Shown here piece by piece: positions 13,052 through 25,717 of a stretch of 64,000 nucleotides of DNA. The translations under genes were made by a program, and so were the position numbers. How positions within the stretch are numbered: the stretch's first letter is position 1; each line of letters opens with the position of its first letter. The notes under the pieces were generated by a model that was given only the letters and a program-made list of their open reading frames with translations, made no database searches and was not told the origin of the DNA. The stretch covers positions 17,608,001-17,672,000 of the forward strand of contig NC_087252.1 in assembly GCF_037042905.1 (NCBI RefSeq), read 5' to 3'. Source of the stretch: Lytechinus pictus (Eukaryota).

Positions 13052-13252
13052 CTAAGAAAACCTTCCATTTTTGTTACGACCAACAGCAGAACATCTCTCA
13101 GCAATGTAAACTGCATTCTTGGCATTTCCTTTCCAGTGATGATGCATAGACAAATTAAGACCTGGCTTATCCACATCCTCCAGGAGCGACCAAAAACATT
13201 CCAACGTGTCACTACCGGTATGACTACTTTTAATCAAATCCAGTATTTGCAA
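13052..13252 (-). pseudogene. Possible Gypsy integrase H2C2 zinc-binding remnant (copies at 16143-16343 and about 53970-54170)
   Basis: ILDLIKSSHTG...KPGL, then RKCQECSLH in a shifted frame, resembling LxxIHxSHxG...WPG...CxxC. Confidence 0.4.
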
Positions 13253-13440
13253 AATGCTTCATTCTATTGCTATCGTTGAAATTTTGACTACTATTTGTAA
13301 GTTCAGGTTGTTTTGTGAGAATTATATTGTTTATGTTTCAGGTAGTCTATTAATTGAAAGTGAATGTAAAATCTGGTTGCTTTAATAACTTAGGTTCTCC
13401 ATGATTAATATTTTATTGGTTCACATTTGGATAATACTAC

Positions 13441-16400
13441 AAACTTGAGCTTTAGGGCGACACATTACCTCCTCCGGGCTTCTCAGCGAATATATACAGA
13501 AAGATCTTCTCATACAAAAAAAAATCGGGCGTTCTGAGCAGATGTTGGGATCATTTTTTACACCTGTAATTACCATGATGACAACTATAATGTAAAGATT
13601 CTATCGCCAATATTTTGACCAACAAACAGAGTGCGCGATCAGAAACCTCCCTGTATACATTTTAACGGTTGTATAAATACACTTGACGGTAGACTGAACT
13701 ATTCAACTTAAAAAATAATATTCATTCCAACTTCATAGAATAGGCTTAATAGTCTGATGCATCATTGTATTTGAATGATGCTGAAAGTTTTGAATACATT
13801 ACCAAACTATTCATAAATCATGTCAAGAAGTGGGTGGAGCTTGGATGTGTTTAAAATCTAGTTAAGTAGACATATAACGAAATATATTATAGTATTTATG
13901 ACTTATATTTTTCTATCGACCCTTTAGAAACGTTTTTCGAAGTCTTGTACATATACTTTGTTTGTGATTTATAGGCAGTCAAAGAGACATATTCTGTACG
14001 AAGTCTTAATGAAATTTTACATGTGTTTTTTTCGTGAACTTAATTATTGTTTTTCTACCTTTGGACTATAATTTGGACCTGTAGTCTGAAATTAAATCGT
14101 GCATTTACCATCTCGATTTTAAGTTGCCTTTCTTAGTTTTTCTCTCCACCCAATTGTTTGTGTTTGTTCGGGTGGTTGTTTGTTTTTAGATCATGTATCC
14201 GTCAATCATACACAAACTGAACAGTCGTTTGCACAATATAAGCACTTTCTACACGACACAAATATTGTTAAAATTTACTCGTTTACCGTACACAGGTAGC
14301 TGGTAGGACAAAAGAAAAGTACAATAACTTCATTGCATAATTCATTGCGTTACATGATAAATATATTACAACTTAAAATGATGTTCAATGAAAATTGACT
14401 CATTATAAGTTGAAAACACTAAAAAATAAATCAACCCAATGATGATAACCAACGGAACTTCACGCGAGAAAATGTTGCAACATCGTAATAAGGTGGGGAT
14501 TCCCAAATATGTATCATTCATCGTGAATATACATGTATCAAGATACTAAATATTTCAAACTAAATTGTACTGCTTCTAGGACTATTTTGACATTACTACT
14601 ACTACTACTTCTACTGCTGCTTCTACTGCTACTAATGCTACTACTATTACTACTACTACTACTACTACTACTACAAATAATAATAATAATAATAATAATG
14701 ACATTAATGCTACTATTACTAAAACACCCGCTACTTCTTATACTATTAATAGTATTAATACTACTTCAGCAACAAAAATACATTAACATCAAATAACATT
14801 ACCACTGCTTCTACTACTAATATTACTACTACTACTACTACTACAACCCCTTCATCCAAAGGCCCTCCAGGTTTTTTCCGAAAGGGTGCATTGGGAGCGC
14901 CTGTTTGCCTCTTGTTGACTGTAACTCTATCTTTAGTTGGTCTAATTCCTATTTTGTCTAATCATCAAATAGTCTAAAATAAAACAAACTTTGTCTTATA
15001 CAAATACGAGGCACAAATCATTAATTTTGGTCCATTGTCGTCTTTTATTAATTTCTTTTTACCACAGTTTGTAGTCTAGTTGGTCATATATTAAACCTAA
15101 CGATGTTAGACCATTTTGCCAACTGGCTGTAGGCCAAGTGGAATTATAAGCCGATTCAGACTAATGACTCTTTGATTCGGCTGAAAACTCGGGGGAAAAG
15201 GGTTCCAAAGCTTCCGTCTAGGTAAAGCCCGGGGGTACCCAGGTAAAAAAACCAGTTGAAACCAGTTGAAATTTTAACTGGTTTCAACTGGAGTCAACTG
15301 GTACCAGTTGAAAAGGGTTCCAACGCTTCCGTTTACATGGTTTAGGGGCAAAGCCCGGGGGTAGACAGAGGGTTGGATTAGGATAGAGTAAGGGGCATAA
15401 TTCCCCTAAATTTGTTCACAAGTTATCATTCAAATAGAAGACAACACACATCCCTTAACTTTTCGAAATGTGGTATACCATTTTGTTTAATGGAGTACCA
15501 CAAGGTTCTTTTTTCGGTCCATTTTTTCTGATTTATATCAACGGCATGTACTTTGTGCTAAACACATTAAATTACATATTGTTTGCGGATGACACAAGTG
15601 TTTGTCTATCCCATCGTGATATTGATATCCTAGCAAAGACTCCTAGACTTTCAAAACTATCTAGTGGGTTTCGAGGTAATATGCTATCACTGAATGGAAA
15701 CATATTATGATATACATTTTAATTATAGGACGGCTAATGGTAAGTGTGATTTAAGATTAAAACCTGACTCGTTGGAATGTCTGTTAAAATCAACTTTAAT
15801 GGAACGATCACTTGAAACACATCAGTAAATCATTTTCTCGAAATATAAACTACACTATATTGAATACATTGAACCTGACAAAATTATATGCATTTTGCAC
15901 AATAGTCTTATTCTACCTGTTGTGTCATGTTGCAATTTTTTTTGGACAATATCAAGGAAAGTCACATATGAAGTTCTTCTGTTGTAAACAAAGCAATTCA
16001 TATTTTTTGCTAGTTGGTTTGGTTACCCTGACCATATTGAACTGCAAAGTCTTGCTGTTGATGATATCCATTTCCTTCAAACTTCCCTTTTAATCTATCG
16101 ATTTAGTGCCGGAATGTTACCTTTATATGCCTAGATTATAAGCTAAGAAAACCTTCCATTTTTGTTACTACCAACTGCAGAACATCTCTCAGCAATGTAA
16201 ACTGCATTATTGGCATTTCCTTTCCAGTGATGAAGCATAGACAAATTAAGACCTGGCTTATCCACATCCTCCAGGAGCGACCAAAGACATTCCAACGTGT
16301 CACTACCGGTATGATTACTTTTAATCAAATCAAGTATTTGCAAAGTGCTTCATTTTATTGCTATCGTTTAAATTTTGCCTACTATTTGAAAGTTAAGGTT

Positions 16401-16550
16401 GTTTTGTGAGAATTATTTTGTTTATGTTCCAGGTGGTCTATCAACGGAAAGTGAATGTTATATCTGTTTGCTTTAATAACTTAGGTTTTCCATGATTAGT
16501 ATTTTACATTAGCAATATCTAAATCACATTTTGTTGGTTCACATTTGAAT
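13441..16550 (+). repeat. Internal duplicate block (B'-D') paralogous to 5298-8195 plus 13020-13432, and to 43929-54380
   Basis: Starts aacttgagctttagggcgacac. ORFs 15468-15710 and 53242-53484 are identical, and a deletion relative to 5370-5625 is shared. Confidence 0.9.
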
Positions 16551-17090
16551 AGAATGTGAATCTTATACATATATTTCCAGATATTTGGGCGATCCCAAAT
16601 GGAGGGATGTCAAAAGTAGCAGATAATATGTGAACAGTTGCATCACAAAAATGTATTTAATCGCTTAAATTGTAGTCAAAGTAACTATGGCAGATGATAT
16701 GTTTAATCAATAATGAACAAACAATCAACGTTTTAATAATATCATTTTATCAGCGATAGAACTTACGAATTAACCTTGTCCACATCCTATAGATCTCATC
16801 ATCCACATCGCACGGTTCTTGATAGAGTGATCACTGACATTCTACCTGTATCTTTTCACTACCGGTATGATAACTTCTTAAAAAAATATTGTATATTTCA
16901 AGTTCTATATTCTATTGATATTGATTTAACACTGTGTGTCATTTCAAATATCATCTCTCTCTCTCTTTTTTACTTGATTTATTTGATGGTATGTTGTTTA
17001 ACCCTTATCATTCATTTATTTTTATTGTCAAAGTTTGTCACAACGCTATCGACCAAAAAAATCTACTTTAATTTTCATTACATCTATCAA

Positions 17091-17165
17091 GACTGCCATG
17101 AACATGTCGCGACAAACTTCACAAGGTCATCAGATCATAATGACGTCATCCAGTCGCCATTTGTA
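17091..17165 (+). promoter_or_regulatory. Candidate TRIM upstream regulatory module (copy 1)
   Basis: TGTCGCGACA palindrome, AGGTCA, CRE TGACGTCA (17141-17148) and YY1-like CGCCATTT; nearly identical at 57836-57910. Confidence 0.35.
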
Positions 17166-17741
17166 TTTTTATTAATGAGATTTTAAAAATGACAATAAAA
17201 GAATCAACAATTTTGGGTAAGACAAAAGAAAAACGTTCTAAAATTTCTTTCATTTTCTCAAAAGTGTTATACGCACATTTGAGGTGAGATGAAGATGAGA
17301 GAGTTAATGATGTTTACATGTCATGTGATATTAATTATTGAAAATTTTAGATTTTGGAAACCTTGCAATAAAGAAACTCTACATTGAATAAATTCATGTT
17401 ACAAAAATGCATGTTATCAAGAAGTGATCAAACATTGTTTTTCATGTAATAAAATACAAAGTAAATAGGTGGTGGATGCCGTCAAGTTTGGACAATCCAT
17501 TTTGCTTGTCGGTAATGATGCATGCCAATGTGAAGATAAGCAAAAAGTGAAAATGAGAAAAACTTCCGATTTTACTTTCAGTTTTGATGAAATTTCAGCG
17601 TCATTTTTGTTAATCTATATTTATAGACCTTTATGCTCGATTTGCTATACTTACCTTTTGAAAGACAAATGTTGCCCAATTTTTAGTGGATGGGTTGTCA
17701 ATACTGTCTTAAAGCGCAACACAGAAAAATGCCATCTGCTA

Positions 17742-18713
17742 CACACACAGAATTTTTTTATACAAGTAGTATAAACAATTATACAACCACTGGTTATCCC
17801 GCGCCTCAGCTAATAATTGGTTAAAACTTAACCAACTGCAAGTTGTCTAAAGTTTATGCAGCAATTGCTTAAATATTTTAAGCAATTATAAGATAAAGGT
17901 GTTATACGGTTGTGTTGCTTGAACTTTTAACTTTAGGAGTTGGTTAAAGGAGTTGCATAAATATTAGACCATTATTGGTTAATTTCATTATTTTAACCCA
18001 CACTAATTGCCAAAATTTTTAATATTGTTGTTTAAAGAGGTTGTTACTATTCTCCGAACTTGGGGACTTGATGAAGTTCCTGGTTGGGAAGTTTAAAGGT
18101 GAGTAGTTTACCGTATATTTGAGCGTAGTGTTCACCGAGCTTGAGCTCCCCTGGGTACCCCGAAGGCTACTCGGTACGGCAGTTTAACGTCACGTTGGCC
18201 TCACTCGTGGACGCCAGCCCATGCCAGAGCCATGACGCAAATATTATCGTCAAATTTCAGAAAATAAAATCACCAAAATTACAGTATTTTGTTCTTGATA
18301 CTACGGTGAACACTACGCTCAAATATAACCGCCCAATCAGGACATCAAGTCCCCAGGTGCGGAAAAGTTCCTCCACCGGGCACGCCATTTTCTTCTGATC
18401 GCCAATTTCCAATCGACGATCGATGGAAAAATTGACGTCAGAAGCATTTGCGCGCGGCACAAAACAGCTCAAAACCACAATCATGACTAATTTTTATGCA
18501 ATGTTGAATACGTTCATAATTCTTTGGCGCGAAAATATTGGTCATGTGACTCGTTTAATTCAATGTTGAATAATTTTTAGCTTTTATCAATATATCGTTC
18601 GATTTTTTTATTCAACGCAAAGTTATAAAGCAACTATATGCTTTTTATACAACTTCCGCAATGTTTATACAATTCTATTTTAACTTATGCAATTTTATAC
18701 CGCGTTTTGTGTG
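17742..18713. mobile_element. TA-flanked non-autonomous DNA element with internal inverted repeats
   Basis: Absent from the paralog (about 58470). Ends cacacacagaa / ttttgtgtg with TA TSD; internal IR atatttgagcgtagtgttcaccg (18116) / cggtgaacactacgctcaaatat (18304). Confidence 0.75.
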
Positions 18714-19050
18714 TAGTAAATTCTAAAACATTATGTTTGCATTTACCTGATATCCCAATACCTTTTTAATATTCAAGTCGAATCAAACATTTTTCTTCTT
18801 CTTCCTTTTATCTCAGGGTGCGTCAGGTGGCGTCAAGGGAGAGATCTAGATAAATCACGTTGGGCATGTAAGGGTCTTTGCTGTGATTCAGAGCTGCCAT
18901 TGTGGATAAAAGACATTTGTGGTTTATACACATTTTGCAGTATTATTTATTACACGGTTGACCTGCAAACTAGATTTTAAAATATCAAAATCTTACAGAT
19001 TTTAACAATAATTGTAGGTTTCTCTTACGTACATTATAGTAGCACTAAAT

Positions 19051-20925
19051 ATGGCGACACTTGAGCATTCTGTTTTGCAAAGTTTAAAGTGTCCGGTTTG
19101 TTTTGGTTTGCTGAACGATCCAAAACAACTGTCATGCACACACACATTTTGTCCAAAATGTATTCAAGGTATTCTAGCATGCTCTGTACAGAGGAATATA
19201 TTATCATGTCCAATATGTAAAAACACAACAAATGTCGCAGATGGCGATGTTGCGAATCTTAAAACTAACATACCTGTTAAGTCAATTGTTGATGACGTCA
19301 GGAATAGTAAACAGCTATGTGACGTGTGTGACAAGCGAGCAAGTGCCGCACACTTCTGTTGCGAGTGTGCTAAGAACATGTGTAATGAATGTCTGCAAGC
19401 TCATAACACATGGAAACCTAATCTTAAACATAAAGTAGTGATGGTTGAAGACATCAGAAAGGGTAGGGTAGTCTTAAAGAGGAAGGTTTACTGTCAAGAA
19501 GAAGTACATAAATCTGAAGAGTACGAGTGCTCTGACATATGCACGACATGTAAGAAACTCATTTGTATGAGATGTCGCATGCTCTGCCACGAGAAAAAAG
19601 GCCATGATGTGGAAGATATAAGACAGTACAATTCGTCTTTCAAGAAAAGCTCTGAGTTACTACAGGGTACAGGAAAGAAAAAAGCTACAAGAGTCAAGAA
19701 TCATATGACCTGTATTGATAATCAAATCAAACGTGTCCACAATCACATTCATGCGGAAAATGCAAAGCTTGACATGCTTTGTGAAGAAGCTATCAAGAAA
19801 ATACAAGAGAGGAATGCTACTTTGAAAAAACAACTAGACGATCAGAGAGAAGAATTATGCAAGAGTTTAAATGATATGAAAATTGCTGATGAGAGGTTGG
19901 TTAAGAGTATTGAGAGTGCCAGTGATTTGGTGAGTACTAGTTTGGAGGCCCCACTAGAAGGGGATGTTGTAGCAATACGTGATTCATTGTATGGAGAATT
20001 GAAAAAATTATTACTTAGGGAAAATCCAAAGAAGAAGGTTGCTACTGATGTAGGTGATCATGCAGAGGAACTGACGTTTACACCGAGCTGCGATCCTCAT
20101 ACATTGTCAATGTGGGAACTACGGTTTGTGAAATGTAAGCCGAAATGCAATGTACTACTCTCAGAGAGAGGACATATGAATGGCATAGCTGCTACCAATA
20201 ATGGTATGATGGCAGTTGGTTATAGTACAAGAGGGATTGATATATTCTCTCCTCATTGTCAGCTTCAGGAGGCAGTGATCAAAGACGTATGGATCGTGGA
20301 GGTAGGATTCCTCTCTGATGGCCGTTATTGTGTACGTGATGCACATAATAAGATATCACTGTACACATCAGATGAAGAGAAGCAGGATGTGACATTCGAT
20401 ACTATAGGCTACAGTAAAGGTGGGTCTGGTGGTCTCACTGTAGACAGCAATGATCTGATCTATGTTAGCTACAGGAAAGCTAAGAAGATCCAGGTATTCT
20501 CACCATCAGGTGGGAAGGCTATGAGGGTGATACCCTGCGATGGGTATGAACCAAAGCAAATCACAAGTTATGGTGATTCATTGATCGTTAAGCAGGATGA
20601 CACTCAGATAGCACGTATTAATAAAAAGCGGGGTGTTATAATGTATCAATTATTACGTAAACCTCTGGAAATACGCCTCTTTGCCGCTGTGAGTAAGGAC
20701 AATACAATCCTGATTTCCTCTGTAAGATTCGAGGAAGGTCTGCTCAATATCGATGAGTATACCGGTGAGCTCAAACACATTAGGAGTCTTATATCTGATT
20801 ACAAGATTGAAAAACCTGATAGGCATTGGTATTACCTTCAACAGTTTCAATCAGGAGAGATAGCTTTCTGTACACATAATAGGCTCTATGTATTCAACCT
20901 AGTTACTAGTAAAGTTACCTCGTAA
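19051..20925 (+). CDS. TRIM E3 ligase: RING, B-box1, B-box2, coiled coil, NHL-like beta-propeller (copy 1)
   Basis: 624-aa ORF. C3HC4 RING CPVC..CTHTFCPKC..CPIC; B-boxes CDVC..CCEC..C..C..H and C..H..CTTC..C..C..H; repeats such as GLTVDSNDLIYVS..KKIQVFSPSG. Confidence 0.93.
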   Translation: MATLEHSVLQSLKCPVCFGLLNDPKQLSCTHTFCPKCIQGILACSVQRNILSCPICKNTTNVADGDVANLKTNIPVKSIVDDVRNSKQLCDVCDKRASAAHFCCECAKNMCNECLQAHNTWKPNLKHKVVMVEDIRKGRVVLKRKVYCQEEVHKSEEYECSDICTTCKKLICMRCRMLCHEKKGHDVEDIRQYNSSFKKSSELLQGTGKKKATRVKNHMTCIDNQIKRVHNHIHAENAKLDMLCEEAIKKIQERNATLKKQLDDQREELCKSLNDMKIADERLVKSIESASDLVSTSLEAPLEGDVVAIRDSLYGELKKLLLRENPKKKVATDVGDHAEELTFTPSCDPHTLSMWELRFVKCKPKCNVLLSERGHMNGIAATNNGMMAVGYSTRGIDIFSPHCQLQEAVIKDVWIVEVGFLSDGRYCVRDAHNKISLYTSDEEKQDVTFDTIGYSKGGSGGLTVDSNDLIYVSYRKAKKIQVFSPSGGKAMRVIPCDGYEPKQITSYGDSLIVKQDDTQIARINKKRGVIMYQLLRKPLEIRLFAAVSKDNTILISSVRFEEGLLNIDEYTGELKHIRSLISDYKIEKPDRHWYYLQQFQSGEIAFCTHNRLYVFNLVTSKVTS

Positions 20926-21153
20926 GAATATTATTTTTTGACCTTCCAGAGCCAATCAATTTCCTACTTTACAAATTCTTAAATTCACCAGTTTCAATGC
21001 TAATCTTGGTATTTATGTTTCATTAATGTCAAAACAATAGAATAGTAAAAGGCAAAAGTACATAATATACAATTGTTATTACATACAGAGGAGAGTAATT
21101 GAAATATGAGACTCTACAAAGGATGAAAAAGAATTAAACTTCAGTTGAAGAAG

Positions 21154-21571
21154 AATCAAGGTACTGTTAGATTATTCGTGTTTCTGATTTCGAAAAGGAA
21201 AAGGGAAACAAGGAGGCGCGCTCAATTTTCTGTTTCGTGAAGGTGAAGCAGAAAAAGGGAAAAATTGATTTCAATTCAATGTTATGTTTCGTGAACGCGA
21301 AACAAAAAGAGGAAACGAAACTTTCAATTCAATTTTGTGTTTTCAAAAGGAAAAAATAAAAATTATAATATGTAAAGAAAAAGTCAAACGGAAGAATGAA
21401 CCGTTTTTCTGTTTTCTTGTTTTTACATCTTTCATTCTTGAATCAAAATATTAAAAAATTACCGTTTTCTGTTTTAAATATCGAAAATAGAATCAATTTT
21501 AAAGAACTATTTCGTTTTTGCTTTTTCCGTTTCGAAATCAGAAAAACAAATTATCTAACGGTACCTTGATT
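21154..21571. mobile_element. MITE downstream of TRIM copy 1
   Basis: TIR aatcaaggtactgttagat..tttctgatttcgaaa / tttcgaaatcagaaa..atctaacggtaccttgatt; absent from the paralog at about 60990. Confidence 0.85.
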
Positions 21572-24243
21572 AAAAGCTCTGTCCAAAGCTGCACCCCAAC
21601 TCTATCTTGTTTAACATAGTTTCATGCGGCATGTCAGGTTAGGTGTTACGTAATTTCCACTTCTATCATTACCATTCTTAAAGTAACACAGTTTGAGGGC
21701 TTTCCTTGAAACTCCATTTTTAGTAGAAATTAATGTAACAAAATGATGTTGCCTTTTTTCTTTCCATCAAAATATCATTTTACATACCCTTATTTAGAAA
21801 AAAAATATGTTAAAGCATAAATACAATTTCATGTGAATGACACCACGCAAAATTGAAAAGTGGAACAAAGCAGATTACATTGATTATTCAGAAATGATTA
21901 AAACCTCTATTTCCATAGTTTACTTTCTTGATGAAGAATATTATATGACATAAACGACTGATGTTGACAACGTGACCAGTAATGGTTCTGGTCCCATATA
22001 GTGGGCCTACGGAAAAAACCTTTGTTGAGAATGGTAATTAATAAATACAAGTCCTAATAGTTATATGTAATTGTAGGTGTATGTGTGAGGAAAAATTTAA
22101 GACTTACAAACAAATCAAAAGCAATGATTAATCGCAATAACAGTTTAATCTAATGATAAACAATCGATCGACCAATATCAGATCAATACGGCCAAAAATT
22201 CGGATGTTGGAAAATCCTGGCGAAAGTTTGCCTCTTACCTGGCTTAACATAGACCCAATATTGACAGAAGTAAGTCGATAGACATGATGCATGTGACGTG
22301 ATAACGGTGGATTCCAAGCTGGAGAGTAACATATATATTTTTATTCATTCTTTATCATTATGATTTGGTTCGTATGACAATACTGATGAGATTATTATAA
22401 ATTTTAATATAAGAAATGCATGCATATGATGCAGATTTACATCAACCGAATAGAAAGATGGTGTATATTACTTTTGTTGGTGTTATATACTCTACTTGGA
22501 TGCTATGGTATGTTCACGATTTCGATGCATTTATCAGTTTGTTCATGATAATTTCCATTACATATCCCTTTTTTGTTTTCGATATTATTAGTAACATAAA
22601 TATAAATTAATGAGCGATGACAACAAACATACATGTCGAATTCGATGTCAATACAAATGGAAATCATAAGAACCACAATTCAATTTATAGCATCGCAAAT
22701 TGGGAATAACCTTCATCAAAATGTAAAACCGAAATGTACAGTCATTTTGTTCACAGCTAACAAAAGAAAGGAGAAATATAGGCCTATAAATGTATATACA
22801 TATTTCGTTTATTTTGTCATAACGTTTATTACACTTATGAATTGTATTTAGTTGTAAATTCGTTTTATTTCAGATTGCTCAATCGAAGGGGAAAATGTTC
22901 ATCGTAATAAAATTATACTGAGTTTTTTTTTCTTAAAGTGCATTGTTTTATATTTGATCACATGTAACGCATTAAGTGTGTTCATATTGTAAAAAAGCTG
23001 AACAAAAGTTATACATACCACTAAACCCTTTCTATTTCCGCAGTCATTTCACCAAACAAATAAAAAACAAAACATTTTTTTGTTTGCATTGTATATTATT
23101 TGGTCTCATTCTTTCATTCAATCATAAAACTAGTTATTCGAGTTCATTAAGACCAATCAAACGTTTCAAACAGACTTTTAGATGGAAAATTGAAATTGAA
23201 GTGCCCTTCCATCTTTGTGTTCAAACACATGCGAAAGTCCCATTTTATACATTATTTATTTATATATACATGTATATTACAAGTGGTGTCCATTTCGTGC
23301 AGTTTTGTATAAAATTTTAACCAACTGCTGTATTTGTTTTGTCATTTTATATAGCATTTATAAAAAGTAAGTATTATTATTAACAGGAGACCGACGAAAG
23401 AAAAGCTTGTTAAAATGCTACCATTGAAATTAGACAATTTTAAAAGCAGTTGATTTCAATACAAACTATTAAAAAAGGGAAATAATTGTGAGAGCTAACG
23501 TAGAACAAACATGGAAATGGTAAAAATAAATGGATTGAAAGGAGATGCCTGGTCATAAAAAATATTATAGATAATAAAACATGTATCAGGAAGGTAATGG
23601 GGCTTCCAAAGCAATGAATAAAAGAAACGAAAATGAAAAGAAAGAACGAAGGACAAAAGTGGGATGAAATAAAGGGGGAAAGAAAATAAGTTATAAGATT
23701 GTTGCCAAAAGTGCTCAGTATGGCCTTTATAGAGATCTTTCTTGGCTGTACAAATACAGATTTTGAAGAAAAAAATTAGGAATATTTCACGAGTTATTCC
23801 TTAATAGTCATCTTATCATGCTATCACAATACTTTGTTTCTAGTTTAGTTACTATTATTCTTTCTTGTCGTGCAATCATTTAAACTCTTATCCAAACATA
23901 TTGACATTTCATTTTTAAGAGTGATTATTATTTATCCTAAATTTAAAGAGTGATATTGGAGGTCATTGTCACCTCATTTTATCCTGAATTAGTTTCATAA
24001 CAAGTCTTTATCTATTATCTTAATCTTTTCATGCATAATCATGATCGTGGTTGCGTCAGTATCAAGTTGATTTGACATACCAATTTCCTTACTTACGCTC
24101 AATATTTACAGCCTGAGCCTTTAGTACGGCTATTTTTATGTATTATTTTGCTTTTTAACCTAGGCGTTGCGTTATAACTGAATGCATACCACTTAAAGAT
24201 GTACTTTTTGTCTTTGTTCTCTTTTCCCCTGAATCCAACAAGC

Positions 24244-24407
24244 NNNNNNNNNNNNNNNNNNNNNNNNNNNNNNNNNNNNNNNNNNNNNNNNNNNNNNNNN
24301 NNNNNNNNNNNNNNNNNNNNNNNNNNNNNNNNNNNNNNNNNNNNNNNNNNNNNNNNNNNNNNNNNNNNNNNNNNNNNNNNNNNNNNNNNNNNNNNNNNNN
24401 NNNNNNN
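24244..24407. other. N-run (gap or mask)
   Basis: Run of n; the paralog is a TA microsatellite. Confidence 1.
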
Positions 24408-24623
24408 AAGGATATGAATTCTTTGTCAGTGTATAAAAAAACTATTACATGATGTTGGTGTTAAAGTGAAATGTGTCTAAATTCAAAGGAATAGAATGAT
24501 TTTTTATGAGGTGTAAAAAAAATCATTTTGTTTGAATTTGAGGTAACTCGAGGCGGCAAACGCTGTAATGGAGGAATTCATTATTTACTCGAAATATAAT
24601 ACTATAGGACGATGGGTAATTAT

Positions 24624-24711
24624 AATAATAATAATAATAATACCTGGATTTATAAAGCGCCTTTTGCCTGATACAAAGCGCTGCTATTATTACCCCGGCT
24701 TTAGCTCGAGC
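24624..24711 (-). mobile_element. 5'-truncated SINE 3' end with (TAT)n tail
   Basis: Minus strand agctaaagccggggtaataatagcagcgctttg..(TAT)n; TAATTAT TSD at 24617 and 24712; empty site near 522. Similar tail in the SINE at 47950. Confidence 0.8.
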
Positions 24712-25039
24712 TAATTATTCGTTGTTAAAGTGATACGTAAATGATTGAACTTATAAATGTTATGTAATTTTATTATTAAAAAAGAGAATAAAGAATGCAG
24801 TTTTGATGTTTTGATTATAATTCGCATAGACTCCGTTTCTATCTGATATGACGGGCTTTTTTCAATGCTAGAATAACGGCAATTCAAGCAGGCTTGAGAT
24901 AATGTAGAGTATATAGTAATGATTTAAGAGTTTCATTATATTTTACGTTCACTATATCATCAAAGTTATCTTTAAGCTTGTCAAAAAAAAAAAAAATTAT
25001 AGCTACCTGGTGTAACTCAATGTAATCAACCAAAATCCG

Positions 25040-25167
25040 NNNNNNNNNNNNNNNNNNNNNNNNNNNNNNNNNNNNNNNNNNNNNNNNNNNNNNNNNNNNN
25101 NNNNNNNNNNNNNNNNNNNNNNNNNNNNNNNNNNNNNNNNNNNNNNNNNNNNNNNNNNNNNNNNNNN
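25040..25167. other. N-run (gap or mask)
   Basis: Run of n. Confidence 1.
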
Positions 25168-25717
25168 TCTCTTAGCAATTGAACCAGAATCAGAATTAAC
25201 CAACTGACAAAGAAAGGTGATGTATGATAGAAGATTACTTTCATCTTCGTGCATATTCAATGAAGATTAATTCGACGATCTATGCAAGTCGCTGATATAC
25301 AAAATACAACACAGAGGGAAAAGAATGGAGCCCTGCGGGATTCCACAGTTTGTATTTCCCAGTACTTGCACGTGATTTGCATAATTGCATACTTAGGTTG
25401 CTAATCCATTTTTCCTTAGATAATAAATCATTTGTTCCTTCTGACAAACTCTGCATTCGTATTCATTTAGAAAGTGTAGCTGCAACGAAAGATTAGGATT
25501 GATTTTTTATTTTGTCGTAGTGATGTTAGGTCAAGATGCTGAACGTGCGTGATGTTCAGAGTTATGCATACATTTTATGTCATTTATGTGGCTTGTGGAC
25601 ATGAAAATGGTTCTGATAATTGTGATATTGGTGACGGTGTTTATGATGGCGACCATGCTGAAGGACTAATGAGAAGAGCTAAACACTGCTAAAACGCTAA
25701 TGTTAATGTAACACCTC

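Larger units (their letters stand above)
1..24060 (+). repeat. Segmental duplication unit 1 (TRIM-containing)
   Basis: Position 1 (atcgagtgaatatgacataccaattt) matches 24061 (atcaagttgatttgacataccaattt). Colinear homology continues through the TRIM genes to about 21888 vs 61308. Confidence 0.9.
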
